Assembly (NCBI RefSeq): GCF_000195955.2
Contig: NC_000962.3
Location: forward strand, 2,910,001 to 2,942,000
Direction: 5' to 3'
DNA from: Mycobacterium tuberculosis H37Rv
GTDB taxonomy: Bacteria; Actinomycetota; Actinomycetes; Mycobacteriales; Mycobacteriaceae
Length of the DNA stretch: 32,000 nt
The position numbers were made by a program, and so were the translations under genes. Within the stretch, counting starts at the first letter, position 1. Each line of letters begins with the position of its first letter. Under the pieces are notes generated by a model. It had not been told where the DNA came from and ran no database searches. It saw only the letters and a list, made by a program, of their open reading frames with translations. Shown here one piece after another: positions 11,513 to 20,357 of this stretch.

Positions 11513-11528
11513 CGTGACATGTGTCACA
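11513..11528. promoter_or_regulatory. Putative CRP/FNR-family binding site CGTGA-CATGTG-TCACA
   Basis: One mismatch from the TGTGA-N6-TCACA consensus, 22 bp upstream of the PE_PGRS44 ATG. Confidence 0.5.
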
Positions 11529-11550
11529 TGACGGGTTGGGAGGGTGGCTG

Positions 11551-13182
11551 ATGTCGTTTGTCACGGCAGCTCCAGAGATGCTGGCGACGGCGGCGCAGAA
11601 TGTCGCGAATATCGGCACATCGCTGAGTGCGGCAAACGCGACGGCAGCGGCGTCCACGACCTCGGTGCTGGCGGCCGGAGCCGACGAGGTATCGCAGGCT
11701 ATCGCAAGGCTGTTCAGTGATTACGCCACGCACTATCAGTCGCTGAACGCTCAAGCCGCGGCATTTCATCACAGCTTCGTGCAAACGTTGAACGCCGCCG
11801 GTGGCGCCTATTCGAGCGCCGAGGCGGCCAACGCTTCGGCGCAGGCGTTGGAACAGAATCTGTTGGCCGTGATCAATGCGCCCGCCCAGGCGTTGTTCGG
11901 GCGTCCCCTGATCGGCAATGGCGCGAATGGAACAGCGGCCAGCCCCAACGGCGGTGATGGTGGGATTTTGTACGGCAACGGCGGCAACGGCTTCTCCCAA
12001 ACGACCGCCGGGGTGGCCGGCGGCGCCGGTGGTTCCGCGGGCCTGATCGGCAACGGCGGCAATGGTGGCGCCGGTGGGGCCGGTGCTGCCGGCGGGGCCG
12101 GCGGCGCCGGCGGATGGCTGCTCGGCAACGGTGGCGCCGGCGGTCCCGGCGGCCCAACGGACGTTCCTGCCGGCACAGGTGGAGCCGGCGGGGCCGGCGG
12201 CGACGCCCCATTGATCGGCTGGGGCGGCAACGGCGGGCCCGGCGGTTTCGCTGCTTTTGGAAACGGTGGGGCCGGCGGCAACGGCGGCGCCAGCGGTTCG
12301 CTCTTTGGCGTCGGCGGCGCCGGCGGCGTCGGCGGATCGAGCGAAGACGTCGGCGGCACCGGCGGGGCCGGCGGCGCTGGCCGCGGTCTATTCCTTGGCC
12401 TGGGCGGTGATGGCGGCGCCGGCGGCACCAGCAACAACAACGGCGGTGACGGTGGCGCCGGCGGCACCGCGGGAGGTCGATTGTTCAGCCTGGGCGGTGA
12501 CGGTGGCAACGGTGGTGCCGGTACCGCAATCGGATCCAACGCCGGTGACGGTGGCGCCGGCGGTGACAGCAGCGCCCTGATCGGCTACGCCCAGGGCGGC
12601 TCCGGCGGCCTCGGCGGCTTCGGCGAAAGTACCGGCGGCGACGGCGGCCTGGGCGGCGCCGGCGCTGTGCTCATCGGCACGGGCGTCGGCGGTTTCGGCG
12701 GCCTCGGTGGCGGCTCCAACGGCACCGGGGGCGCGGGCGGCGCGGGCGGCACGGGCGCCACGCTGATCGGCCTGGGCGCCGGCGGCGGCGGCGGCATCGG
12801 CGGGTTCGCCGTCAACGTGGGCAACGGCGTCGGCGGTCTGGGCGGCCAGGGCGGCCAGGGCGCCGCGCTGATCGGCCTGGGCGCCGGCGGTGCCGGCGGT
12901 GCCGGCGGCGCCACAGTCGTTGGACTTGGTGGCAATGGCGGTGACGGCGGTGACGGTGGCGGCCTGTTTAGTATCGGCGTCGGTGGGGACGGCGGCAACG
13001 CCGGCAACGGCGCCATGCCTGCCAATGGCGGCAACGGCGGCAACGCCGGGGTCATTGCCAACGGCTCCTTTGCCCCGTCGTTCGTCGGCTTCGGCGGCAA
13101 CGGCGGCAACGGCGTCAATGGCGGCACCGGCGGCAGCGGCGGGATCCTTTTTGGCGCCAACGGCGCGAACGGACCGTCGTAG
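11551..13182 (+). CDS. PE_PGRS44: PE-PGRS family protein
   Basis: 543 aa. Canonical PE N-terminus [30 protein letters not shown] followed by GGAGGxGG/GNGG repeats. ATG at 11551 has GGGAGGGTGG just upstream. Confidence 0.95.
   Translation: MSFVTAAPEMLATAAQNVANIGTSLSAANATAAASTTSVLAAGADEVSQAIARLFSDYATHYQSLNAQAAAFHHSFVQTLNAAGGAYSSAEAANASAQALEQNLLAVINAPAQALFGRPLIGNGANGTAASPNGGDGGILYGNGGNGFSQTTAGVAGGAGGSAGLIGNGGNGGAGGAGAAGGAGGAGGWLLGNGGAGGPGGPTDVPAGTGGAGGAGGDAPLIGWGGNGGPGGFAAFGNGGAGGNGGASGSLFGVGGAGGVGGSSEDVGGTGGAGGAGRGLFLGLGGDGGAGGTSNNNGGDGGAGGTAGGRLFSLGGDGGNGGAGTAIGSNAGDGGAGGDSSALIGYAQGGSGGLGGFGESTGGDGGLGGAGAVLIGTGVGGFGGLGGGSNGTGGAGGAGGTGATLIGLGAGGGGGIGGFAVNVGNGVGGLGGQGGQGAALIGLGAGGAGGAGGATVVGLGGNGGDGGDGGGLFSIGVGGDGGNAGNGAMPANGGNGGNAGVIANGSFAPSFVGFGGNGGNGVNGGTGGSGGILFGANGANGPS
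11896..13170 (+). repeat. PGRS coding repeat tract (degenerate GGC-GGN / AAC-GGC-GGN units)
   Basis: Continuous Gly-Gly-Ala/Asn-Gly coding repetition visible in both DNA and protein. Confidence 0.9.
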
Positions 13183-13198
13183 CGGGTCCTCCAGCGCA

Positions 13199-14233
13199 CT
13201 ACTCGAACAACCCCGGTTGACTCGCTCCGACCGGTGGCGTCATGCCCAGGTGCGTCCAGGCCAGGGCGGTGGCCACCCGGCCGCGCGGGGTGCGCGCGAC
13301 CATACCCGCGCGCACCAGAAATGGTTCGCACACCTCCTCGACCGTGGCGGCCTCCTCCCCGACCGCCACCGCCAGCGTCGACACACCCACTGGACCACCG
13401 CCGAAGCTGCGGGTCAGCGCCGAGAGCACCGCTCGGTCCAGCCGGTCCAGACCCAGCTCGTCGACGTCGTAGACCTCCAGTGCGGCCTTGGCGACGTCGC
13501 GGGTGATGACGCCGTCGGCGCGCACCTCGGCGAAGTCACGCACCCGGCGCAACAACCGGTTGGCGATCCGCGGCGTTCCCCGAGAACGGCGGGCGATTTC
13601 GGCGCCGGCGTCGGCGCCCAGCTCGATACCCAGAATTCCGGCGGAGCGGGCCAGCACCCGCTCCAGCTCGGCGGGCTCGTAGAAATCCATGTGCGCGGTG
13701 AAGCCGAACCGGTCGCGCAGCGGGCCGGTCAACGCGCCCGACCGGGTAGTCGCCCCGACCAGGGTGAACGGCGCGACCTCCAGCGGAATCGACGTGGCCC
13801 CAGGACCTTTGCCGACCACCACATCGACGCGGAAGTCTTCCATCGCCAGATACAGCATCTCCTCGGCGGGCCGGGCGATGCGGTGGATCTCGTCGATAAA
13901 CAACACGTCGTGCTCGACCAGGTTGGACAGCATCGCCGCCAGGTCACCGGCGCGTTCCAACGCCGGCCCCGACGTCACCCGCAGCGAGGACCCCAGCTCG
14001 GCGGCGATGATCATCGCCAACGACGTCTTGCCCAAGCCCGGCGGACCGGACAGCAGAATGTGATCCGGTGTGCCGCCGCGGTTTTTGGCTCCCTCGATGA
14101 CCAGCTGCAGCTGTTCGCGGACCCGGGGCTGGCCGATGAATTCGCGTAACGAGCGCGGCCGCAGGCTGACGTCGATGTCGCCCTCTCCGACGGTGAGTGC
14201 GGGCGAAACGTCGCGGTCGGACCGCTCGGTCAT
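13199..14233 (-). CDS. ruvB: Holliday junction branch migration helicase RuvB
   Basis: 344 aa. [50 protein letters not shown] and [19 protein letters not shown]. Confidence 0.98.
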
Positions 14234-14820
14234 CGGGCCTTCCCCAGCAACGACAAGGCAGACCGCAGCGCGCTGGATGTCGTCGCGTCATGGTTGGCGG
14301 CCAGCACCGTATCGGTGGCCTCCTCGGCCTGTTTGGCCGCAAAGCCCAGGCCGACCAGAGCCTCGACCACGGGACTGCGCACCGCGTGGCCGTTGGTCGA
14401 GAGTGCGCCGCCGGTGGCTGCCACCCCAACCTTGTCGCGTAGTTCCAACACCATGCGTTCGGCGCCCCGCTTGCCGATCCCAGGCACCCGGGTCAGGGCG
14501 GCGACGTTGCCGTCGGCCAGCACCTGCCGTAGCGCCGGAGCGTCGTGCACGGCCAGTGCCGCCATCGCCAGCCGGGGCCCAACGCCGGAGACCGACAGCA
14601 GCGTCAGGAATAGGTCGCGGGTTTCCCCGTCGGGAAACCCGTACAGCGTCATCGAGTCCTCGCGCACAATCATCGCGGTGATCAGCCGGGCCTCGGTGCC
14701 TTGCCGCAACGTCGCCAGCGTCGCCGGTGTCGCGTTCACTCGGTAGCCCACACCGGCGGCCTCGATCACCACATGGTCAAGCGCCACCTCGAGCACCTCA
14801 CCGCGGACCGAGGCGATCAT
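14230..14820 (-). CDS. ruvA: Holliday junction DNA helicase subunit RuvA
   Basis: 196 aa. [28 protein letters not shown] and [11 protein letters not shown], with a 4-bp overlap to ruvB. Confidence 0.97.
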
Positions 14821-15383
14821 CGGGCGGCCTTCAGCTTGGCTAGGTACGCATGACGCTGCTGCGCTGCTCGTGCTTCCGCCCTCGACGTGGCCTCAGCCAT
14901 CCGGGCGATCGTCGGCGCCCGCCAACAGTGACAGATCGCCAGCGCCAAAGCGTCGGCCGCGTCGGCCGGTGTCGGTTTAGCTTGCAGCGCAAGGATTTTG
15001 GTGACCATCGCGGTGACCTGAGCCTTGTCTGCGGAACCGTTGCCAGTGACCGCCGCCTTGACCTCGCTGGGGGTATGGAAATGCACGTCGACACCACGTT
15101 TGGCCGCCGCCAGGGCGATCACGCCGCCGGCCTGCGCGGTGCCCATCACCGTGGTCACGTTGAGCTGAGAGAACACCCGTTCGATAGCCACCACCTCCGG
15201 ATGATGGGTGTCCAGCCAGTGCTCGACGGCATCGCTGATGGCCAACAGGCGCTGCGCCAAGGCCGCATCCGACGGTGTGCGCACCACGTCGACATCCAGC
15301 GCGGTGAGCTGCCGACCACGCCCACTCTCGATAAGCGACAGCCCGCATCGGGTCAACCCGGGATCGACACCCATCACCCGCAC
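14817..15383 (-). CDS. ruvC: Crossover junction endodeoxyribonuclease RuvC
   Basis: 188 aa from GTG at 15383 ([19 protein letters not shown]). The ORF track extends further upstream, but family homology begins here. Confidence 0.95.
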
Positions 15384-15474
15384 CGCACGCTCCCTCAGCC
15401 ATTTCCGAACAATCGTTCGATACGCTAGCGGATCGTCCCGACATCCCGCGCAGGACACGCCTATGGAACGTGCG

Positions 15475-15493
15475 ATGGTAAATTTCCTACCAT
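15475..15493. promoter_or_regulatory. Putative VapBC40 operator: inverted repeat ATGGTA-N7-TACCAT, containing a TAAATT -10-like element and overlapping the vapB40 start codon
   Basis: Read directly: ATGGTA (15475-15480), AATTTCC, TACCAT (15488-15493). TAAATT lies at 15479-15484 and the ATG start at 15492. Confidence 0.6.
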
Positions 15494-15737
15494 GCGAACA
15501 ACCATCGATGTCGCAGGACGTCTGGTGATTCCCAAGCGGATTCGCGAGCGCCTTGGCTTGCGCGGGAACGACCAGGTGGAGATCACCGAGCGCGATGGGC
15601 GCATCGAGATTGAGCCGGCCCCGACCGGTGTCGAACTCGTTCGGGAAGGCTCGGTTCTCGTCGCACGGCCAGAACGTCCCCTGCCCCCGTTGACCGACGA
15701 AATCGTTCGGGAAACGCTCGATCGCACACGGCGGTGA
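15492..15737 (+). CDS. vapB40: Antitoxin VapB40 (AbrB/SpoVT-like DNA-binding fold)
   Basis: 81 aa. [31 protein letters not shown] swapped-hairpin signature; overlaps a PIN-domain toxin gene by 4 bp. Confidence 0.93.
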   Translation: MRTTIDVAGRLVIPKRIRERLGLRGNDQVEITERDGRIEIEPAPTGVELVREGSVLVARPERPLPPLTDEIVRETLDRTRR

Positions 15738-16138
15738 TCGCACCAGACACCAGCGTGCTGGTTGCCGGATTCGCGACCTGGCACGAAGGGCACGAGGCCG
15801 CCGTGCGCGCGCTCAACCGTGGCGTCCATCTGATCGCGCACGCGGCTGTGGAAACCTATTCGGTCTTGACCCGGCTACCACCGCCGCATCGTATTGCCCC
15901 TGTTGCCGTCCACGCCTACTTGGCGGACATCACCTCCAGCAACTACCTGGCACTGGATGCCTGCTCATATCGCGGCTTGACCGACCACCTCGCCGAGCAC
16001 GATGTCACCGGTGGCGCAACCTACGATGCCCTGGTCGGCTTCACGGCGAAAGCTGCCGGCGCAAAGCTGCTGACTCGCGACCTGCGCGCGGTCGAAACGT
16101 ACGAGCGATTGCGGGTCGAGGTTGAGCTGGTGACCTGA
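15734..16138 (+). CDS. vapC40: PIN-domain ribonuclease toxin VapC40
   Basis: 134 aa. PIN-like acidic residues in [21 protein letters not shown] and DALVGFTA...[15 protein letters not shown]; follows vapB. Confidence 0.92.
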   Translation: MIAPDTSVLVAGFATWHEGHEAAVRALNRGVHLIAHAAVETYSVLTRLPPPHRIAPVAVHAYLADITSSNYLALDACSYRGLTDHLAEHDVTGGATYDALVGFTAKAAGAKLLTRDLRAVETYERLRVEVELVT

Positions 16139-16354
16139 GAAACCGTTGCCGTTGAGTGTGTTTGAGTTGCACGCTCACCGACACCCGGATGGTGCACCAG
16201 TGAGCTGGGGTGACCGCGGCCGAGACCTGCCGGGTTCCCGGCCGGACAACTCGCCCGTTGTGACCCCCGGTCCCGCGAAAGCTGTTACGTTAAACGGCGC
16301 CATCGATATGCGACCGATCGACCAACCGCGGCGCAGCGGTACGAGAGGGTATGC

Positions 16355-16975
16355 GTGGGAAATCTGCTGGTCGTGATTGCCGTGGCGCTGTTCATCGCCG
16401 CCATCGTCGTTCTCGTCGTGGCCATCCGGCGGCCCAAAACACCAGCCACGCCGGGCGGGCGCCGGGATCCGCTGGCCTTCGACGCAATGCCGCAATTCGG
16501 CCCCCGCCAACTCGGACCCGGCGCAATTGTCAGCCACGGTGGCATCGACTATGTGGTCCGCGGATCAGTCACCTTTCGCGAGGGTCCCTTCGTGTGGTGG
16601 GAACACTTGCTGGAAGGCGGCGACACGCCAACCTGGCTGAGCGTGCAAGAGGACGACGGGCGTCTCGAGCTTGCGATGTGGGTGAAACGCACCGATCTGG
16701 GCTTGCAGCCCGGTGGCCAGCACGTGATCGACGGCGTGACGTTTCAGGAGACCGAGCGCGGTCACGCCGGATATACCACCGAGGGCACGACGGGCCTGCC
16801 GGCCGGCGGTGAGATGGACTACGTCGACTGCGCCAGTGCCGGTCAGGGGGCCGACGAGTCCATGCTGCTGTCATTCGAGCGCTGGGCACCGGACATGGGA
16901 TGGGAGATAGCGACCGGCAAGTCCGTACTGGCCGGCGAGCTCACCGTCTACCCCGCGCCCCCAGTCTCGGCATAG
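16355..16975 (+). CDS. Membrane-anchored conserved protein, DUF4178-like (Rv2597 equivalent)
   Basis: 206 aa. N-terminal TM helix MGNLLVVIAVALFIAAIVVLVVAI; internal motif GIDYVVRGSVTFREGPFVWWEHLLEGGDTPTWLSVQEDDG. The DUF assignment is from memory. Confidence 0.8.
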   Translation: MGNLLVVIAVALFIAAIVVLVVAIRRPKTPATPGGRRDPLAFDAMPQFGPRQLGPGAIVSHGGIDYVVRGSVTFREGPFVWWEHLLEGGDTPTWLSVQEDDGRLELAMWVKRTDLGLQPGGQHVIDGVTFQETERGHAGYTTEGTTGLPAGGEMDYVDCASAGQGADESMLLSFERWAPDMGWEIATGKSVLAGELTVYPAPPVSA

Positions 16976-16985
16976 GGCCGAATCG

Positions 16986-17480
16986 GTGCCACTTCATCAG
17001 CTCGCCATAGCGCCGGTGGACGTATCAGGGGCATTGCTTGGACTCGTGCTGAACGCACCCGCGCCGCGGCCACTGGCCACCCACCGACTGGCCCACACCG
17101 ACGGCAGCGCACTGCAGCTCGGCGTCCTCGGCGCGTCGCATGTCGTCACCGTCGAGGGACGCTTCTGCGAGGAAGTCTCCTGCGTGGCCCGCAGCCGGGG
17201 CGGCGATCTGCCCGAGTCCACCCACGCACCCGGCTACCACCTCCAATCCCATACCGAGACGCACGACGAGGCGGCGTTTCGGCGACTCGCGCGCCACCTG
17301 CGTGAACGCTGCACGCGGGCAACCGGGTGGCTGGGCGGTGTGTTTCCCGGTGATGACGCCGCGCTGACCGCACTCGCCGCCGAACCCGATGGAACCGGGT
17401 GGCGTTGGCGGACTTGGCATCTGTACCCGAGCGCGTCCGGCGGGACGGTGGTCCACACGACGAGCCGATGGCGTCCATGA
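16986..17480 (+). CDS. Conserved hypothetical protein, probable DUF2617 family (Rv2598 equivalent)
   Basis: 164 aa. MPLHQLAIAPVDVSGALLGLVLNAPAP...LQLGVLGASHVVTV; stop codon overlaps the next start (ATGA). Confidence 0.75.
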   Translation: MPLHQLAIAPVDVSGALLGLVLNAPAPRPLATHRLAHTDGSALQLGVLGASHVVTVEGRFCEEVSCVARSRGGDLPESTHAPGYHLQSHTETHDEAAFRRLARHLRERCTRATGWLGGVFPGDDAALTALAAEPDGTGWRWRTWHLYPSASGGTVVHTTSRWRP

Positions 17481-17908
17481 GCCGCAACCGCCTGTTCCTG
17501 GTTGCCGGCAGCTTGGCGGTTGCCGCCGCCGTGTCCTTGATCTCTGGAATCACGCTGCTGAACAGGGACGTTGGCTCGTATATCGCCTCGCACTATCGCC
17601 AAGAATCCCGTGACGTGAACGGAACGCGATACCTGTGCACCGGATCGCCCAAACAGGTGGCCACCACGCTCGTCAAGTACCAGACCCCGGCGGCGCGCGC
17701 GTCGCATACCGACACCGAGTACCTGCGTTACCGCAACAACATCGTGACGGTCGGACCCGACGGCACCTATCCGTGCATCATCCGCGTCGAAAACCTCAGC
17801 GCCGGATATAACCACGGCGCATATGTCTTCCTGGGCCCTGGATTCACCCCTGGGTCCCCGTCGGGCGGTTCGGGGGGCAGCCCGGGCGGTCCTGGCGGCA
17901 GCAAGTAA
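17477..17908 (+). CDS. Exported or membrane-anchored conserved protein, DUF4247-like, with a Gly/Ser/Pro-rich C-terminus (Rv2599 equivalent)
   Basis: 143 aa from ATG at 17477 (MSRNRLFLVAGSLAVAAAVSLISGITLLNRDVGSYI...). Tail is GSPSGGSGGSPGGPGGSK. Confidence 0.75.
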   Translation: MSRNRLFLVAGSLAVAAAVSLISGITLLNRDVGSYIASHYRQESRDVNGTRYLCTGSPKQVATTLVKYQTPAARASHTDTEYLRYRNNIVTVGPDGTYPCIIRVENLSAGYNHGAYVFLGPGFTPGSPSGGSGGSPGGPGGSK

Positions 17909-17989
17909 GGCGATGACGCAAAGGAGAGAGTCATGTATTAGGCCGGAGTCGATTTCGGGACCATCAGCCTTACCCCGATCCTGCATGGG

Positions 17990-18391
17990 GTGGTGGCCAC
18001 CGTCTTGTACTTCCTAGTGGGCGCCGCCGTGCTAGTCGCAGGCTTTCTGATGGTCAACCTGTTGACCCCGGGCGATCTGCGTCGCCTAGTGTTCATCGAC
18101 CGCCGCCCCAACGCCGTGGTTCTGGCCGCCACAATGTATGTGGCGCTGGCCATCGTCACCATCGCCGCCATCTACGCCAGCTCCAATCAGCTGGCCCAGG
18201 GCCTGATCGGCGTGGCGGTGTACGGAATCGTCGGTGTCGCGCTGCAGGGGGTGGCACTGGTGATCCTCGAGATCGCGGTGCCGGGGCGATTCCGTGAGCA
18301 CATCGACGCACCTGCGCTGCATCCGGCGGTGTTCGCTACCGCCGTCATGCTGCTGGCGGTAGCGGGGGTAATCGCCGCCGCGTTGTCATGA
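17990..18391 (+). CDS. Integral membrane protein, DUF350 family (Rv2600 equivalent); probable N-terminal truncation or alternative start, see findings
   Basis: 133 aa. [64 protein letters not shown], with multiple TM helices. Confidence 0.8.
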
Positions 18392-19959
18392 CGTCCACCC
18401 GGCAGGCGGGCGAAGCCACCGAAGCTTCGGTACGGTGGCGGGCCGTGCTGCTGGCCGCGGTCGCGGCGTGCGCGGCCTGCGGTCTCGTTTACGAGCTCGC
18501 GCTGCTGACACTGGCGGCGAGCCTGAACGGCGGCGGGATCGTGGCCACCTCCCTGATCGTCGCGGGCTACATAGCCGCGCTGGGAGCAGGCGCCTTGCTG
18601 ATCAAGCCGCTACTTGCACACGCGGCCATCGCGTTCATCGCCGTGGAGGCGGTGCTGGGCATCATCGGCGGATTGTCCGCGGCGGCGCTGTATGCGGCGT
18701 TCGCGTTCCTGGACGAGCTCGACGGGTCGACGCTGGTTCTTGCGGTGGGCACCGCCCTGATCGGCGGGCTGGTCGGCGCCGAGGTGCCGCTGCTGATGAC
18801 GCTGTTGCAGCGCGGCCGCGTGGCAGGGGCCGCCGATGCCGGACGCACCCTGGCCAACCTCAACGCGGCCGACTATCTGGGCGCGTTGGTCGGCGGGCTG
18901 GCCTGGCCATTCCTGCTGCTGCCGCAGTTAGGGATGATCCGCGGTGCGGCGGTCACCGGCATCGTCAATCTGGCGGCCGCCGGGGTTGTGTCGATCTTCC
19001 TGCTGCGCCACGTCGTGTCCGGCCGGCAACTGGTGACCGCCTTATGCGCGCTCGCCGCGGCGCTCGGGCTGATCGCCACACTGCTGGTGCATTCCCACGA
19101 CATTGAGACCACCGGCCGCCAACAGCTCTACGCCGACCCGATCATCGCCTACCGACACAGCGCCTACCAGGAAATCGTGGTCACCCGCCGCGGCGATGAC
19201 CTGCGCCTCTACCTGGACGGAGGTTTGCAGTTCTGCACCCGCGACGAATACCGCTACACCGAAAGCCTGGTCTACCCGGCAGTCTCCGATGGCGCGCGTT
19301 CGGTGCTGGTGCTCGGTGGCGGCGACGGACTGGCAGCCCGCGAACTGCTGCGCCAACCCGGCATCGAGCAGATCGTGCAGGTGGAACTCGACCCCGCGGT
19401 CATCGAACTGGCGCGCACCACCCTGCGCGACGTCAACGCCGGTTCGCTGGACAACCCGCGCGTACACGTCGTGATCGACGACGCCATGAGCTGGCTACGC
19501 GGCGCCGCGGTCCCCCCGGCTGGCTTCGACGCAGTGATCGTCGACCTTCGCGACCCCGATACTCCCGTGCTGGGTCGGCTGTATTCCACCGAGTTCTACG
19601 CACTCGCCGCCCGCGCGCTCGCGCCCGGCGGGCTCATGGTCGTGCAGGCAGGCAGCCCGTATTCGACCCCGACTGCGTTCTGGCGCATCATCTCCACGAT
19701 CCGGTCCGCCGGGTATGCCGTCACGCCCTACCACGTGCACGTGCCCACCTTCGGCGACTGGGGATTCGCCCTGGCACGCCTTACAGACATCGCGCCCACC
19801 CCCGCTGTGCCGAGCACTGCCCCTGCACTGCGCTTCCTGGACCAACAGGTGCTCGAGGCCGCGACCGTGTTTTCCGGCGACATCCGGCCCCGCACGTTGG
19901 ACCCGTCGACCCTGGACAATCCGCACATTGTTGAGGACATGCGGCACGGCTGGGACTAG
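18388..19959 (+). CDS. speE: Spermidine synthase-like aminopropyltransferase with a multi-helix N-terminal membrane domain
   Basis: 523 aa. Several N-terminal TM helices, then [60 protein letters not shown] and [13 protein letters not shown]. 4-bp ATGA overlap with the preceding gene. Confidence 0.92.
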
Positions 19960-20001
19960 CGCACCCATCTAGGGCGGCCAGGGTTTGCACAACGCAGCAC
20001 G

Positions 20002-20017
20002 GGTTCCGAACGGAACC
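20002..20017. terminator. Weak putative hairpin GGTTCCG-AA-CGGAACC between speE and vapB41; no U-tract
   Basis: Perfect 16-bp palindrome about 40 bp after the speE stop. Confidence 0.3.
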
Positions 20018-20044
20018 GGGGCCCGCTCGTAGCCCGGCCATAAA

Positions 20045-20063
20045 AGCATAAAAACAGTATGCT
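20045..20063. promoter_or_regulatory. Putative VapBC41 operator/-10: inverted repeat AGCATA-N7-TATGCT
   Basis: AGCATA (20045-20050), AAAACAG, TATGCT (20058-20063). TATGCT fits the TANNNT -10 pattern and is 6 nt upstream of the ATG at 20070. Confidence 0.6.
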
Positions 20064-20069
20064 GGGTAA

Positions 20070-20357
20070 ATGAAGACCACGCTCGACCTGCCTGATGAAC
20101 TGATGCGCGCTATCAAGGTCCGCGCGGCGCAGCAGGGCCGCAAGATGAAAGATGTCGTGACCGAACTGCTCAGATCCGGTCTGTCCCAGACGCACAGCGG
20201 GGCTCCAATCCCAACGCCGCGGCGCGTGCAGCTTCCCCTGGTGCATTGCGGTGGCGCGGCTACCCGCGAACAAGAAATGACGCCGGAGCGTGTTGCCGCG
20301 GCCTTGCTCGACCAGGAGGCCCAGTGGTGGTCCGGACACGACGATGCTGCTCTGTGA
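20070..20357 (+). CDS. vapB41: Antitoxin VapB41 (ribbon-helix-helix-like N-terminus)
   Basis: 95 aa. MKTTLDLPDELMRAIKVRAAQQGRKMKDVVTELLRSGL, immediately before a PIN toxin. Confidence 0.92.
   Translation: MKTTLDLPDELMRAIKVRAAQQGRKMKDVVTELLRSGLSQTHSGAPIPTPRRVQLPLVHCGGAATREQEMTPERVAAALLDQEAQWWSGHDDAAL

Noticed and set aside
11521-11550. Ten-codon N-terminal extension of PE_PGRS44 from a GTG at 11521 ([14 protein letters not shown]).
   Set aside because: PE proteins start at MSFV with a ribosome-binding site just before 11551; the extension overlaps the CRP-like palindrome.
11896-13170. Could the regularly repeating DNA be a CRISPR or intergenic tandem array?
   Set aside because: Units are degenerate 9-nt coding repeats inside one open frame, without constant repeats and unique spacers.
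11524-13331. Multiple long ORFs on the opposite strand or in other frames across the PGRS tract (for example 11808..12539 - and 12585..13331 -, Pro-rich).
   Set aside because: They are mirror images of the GGC/GGN repeats in a GC-rich genome: long stop-free frames with a Pro/Ala/Arg-rich composition and no family signatures.
14817-15743. 308-aa extended version of RuvC.
   Set aside because: Residues upstream of [14 protein letters not shown] overlap vapBC40 and its promoter and are not RuvC-like; the start at 15383 gives the normal 188 aa.
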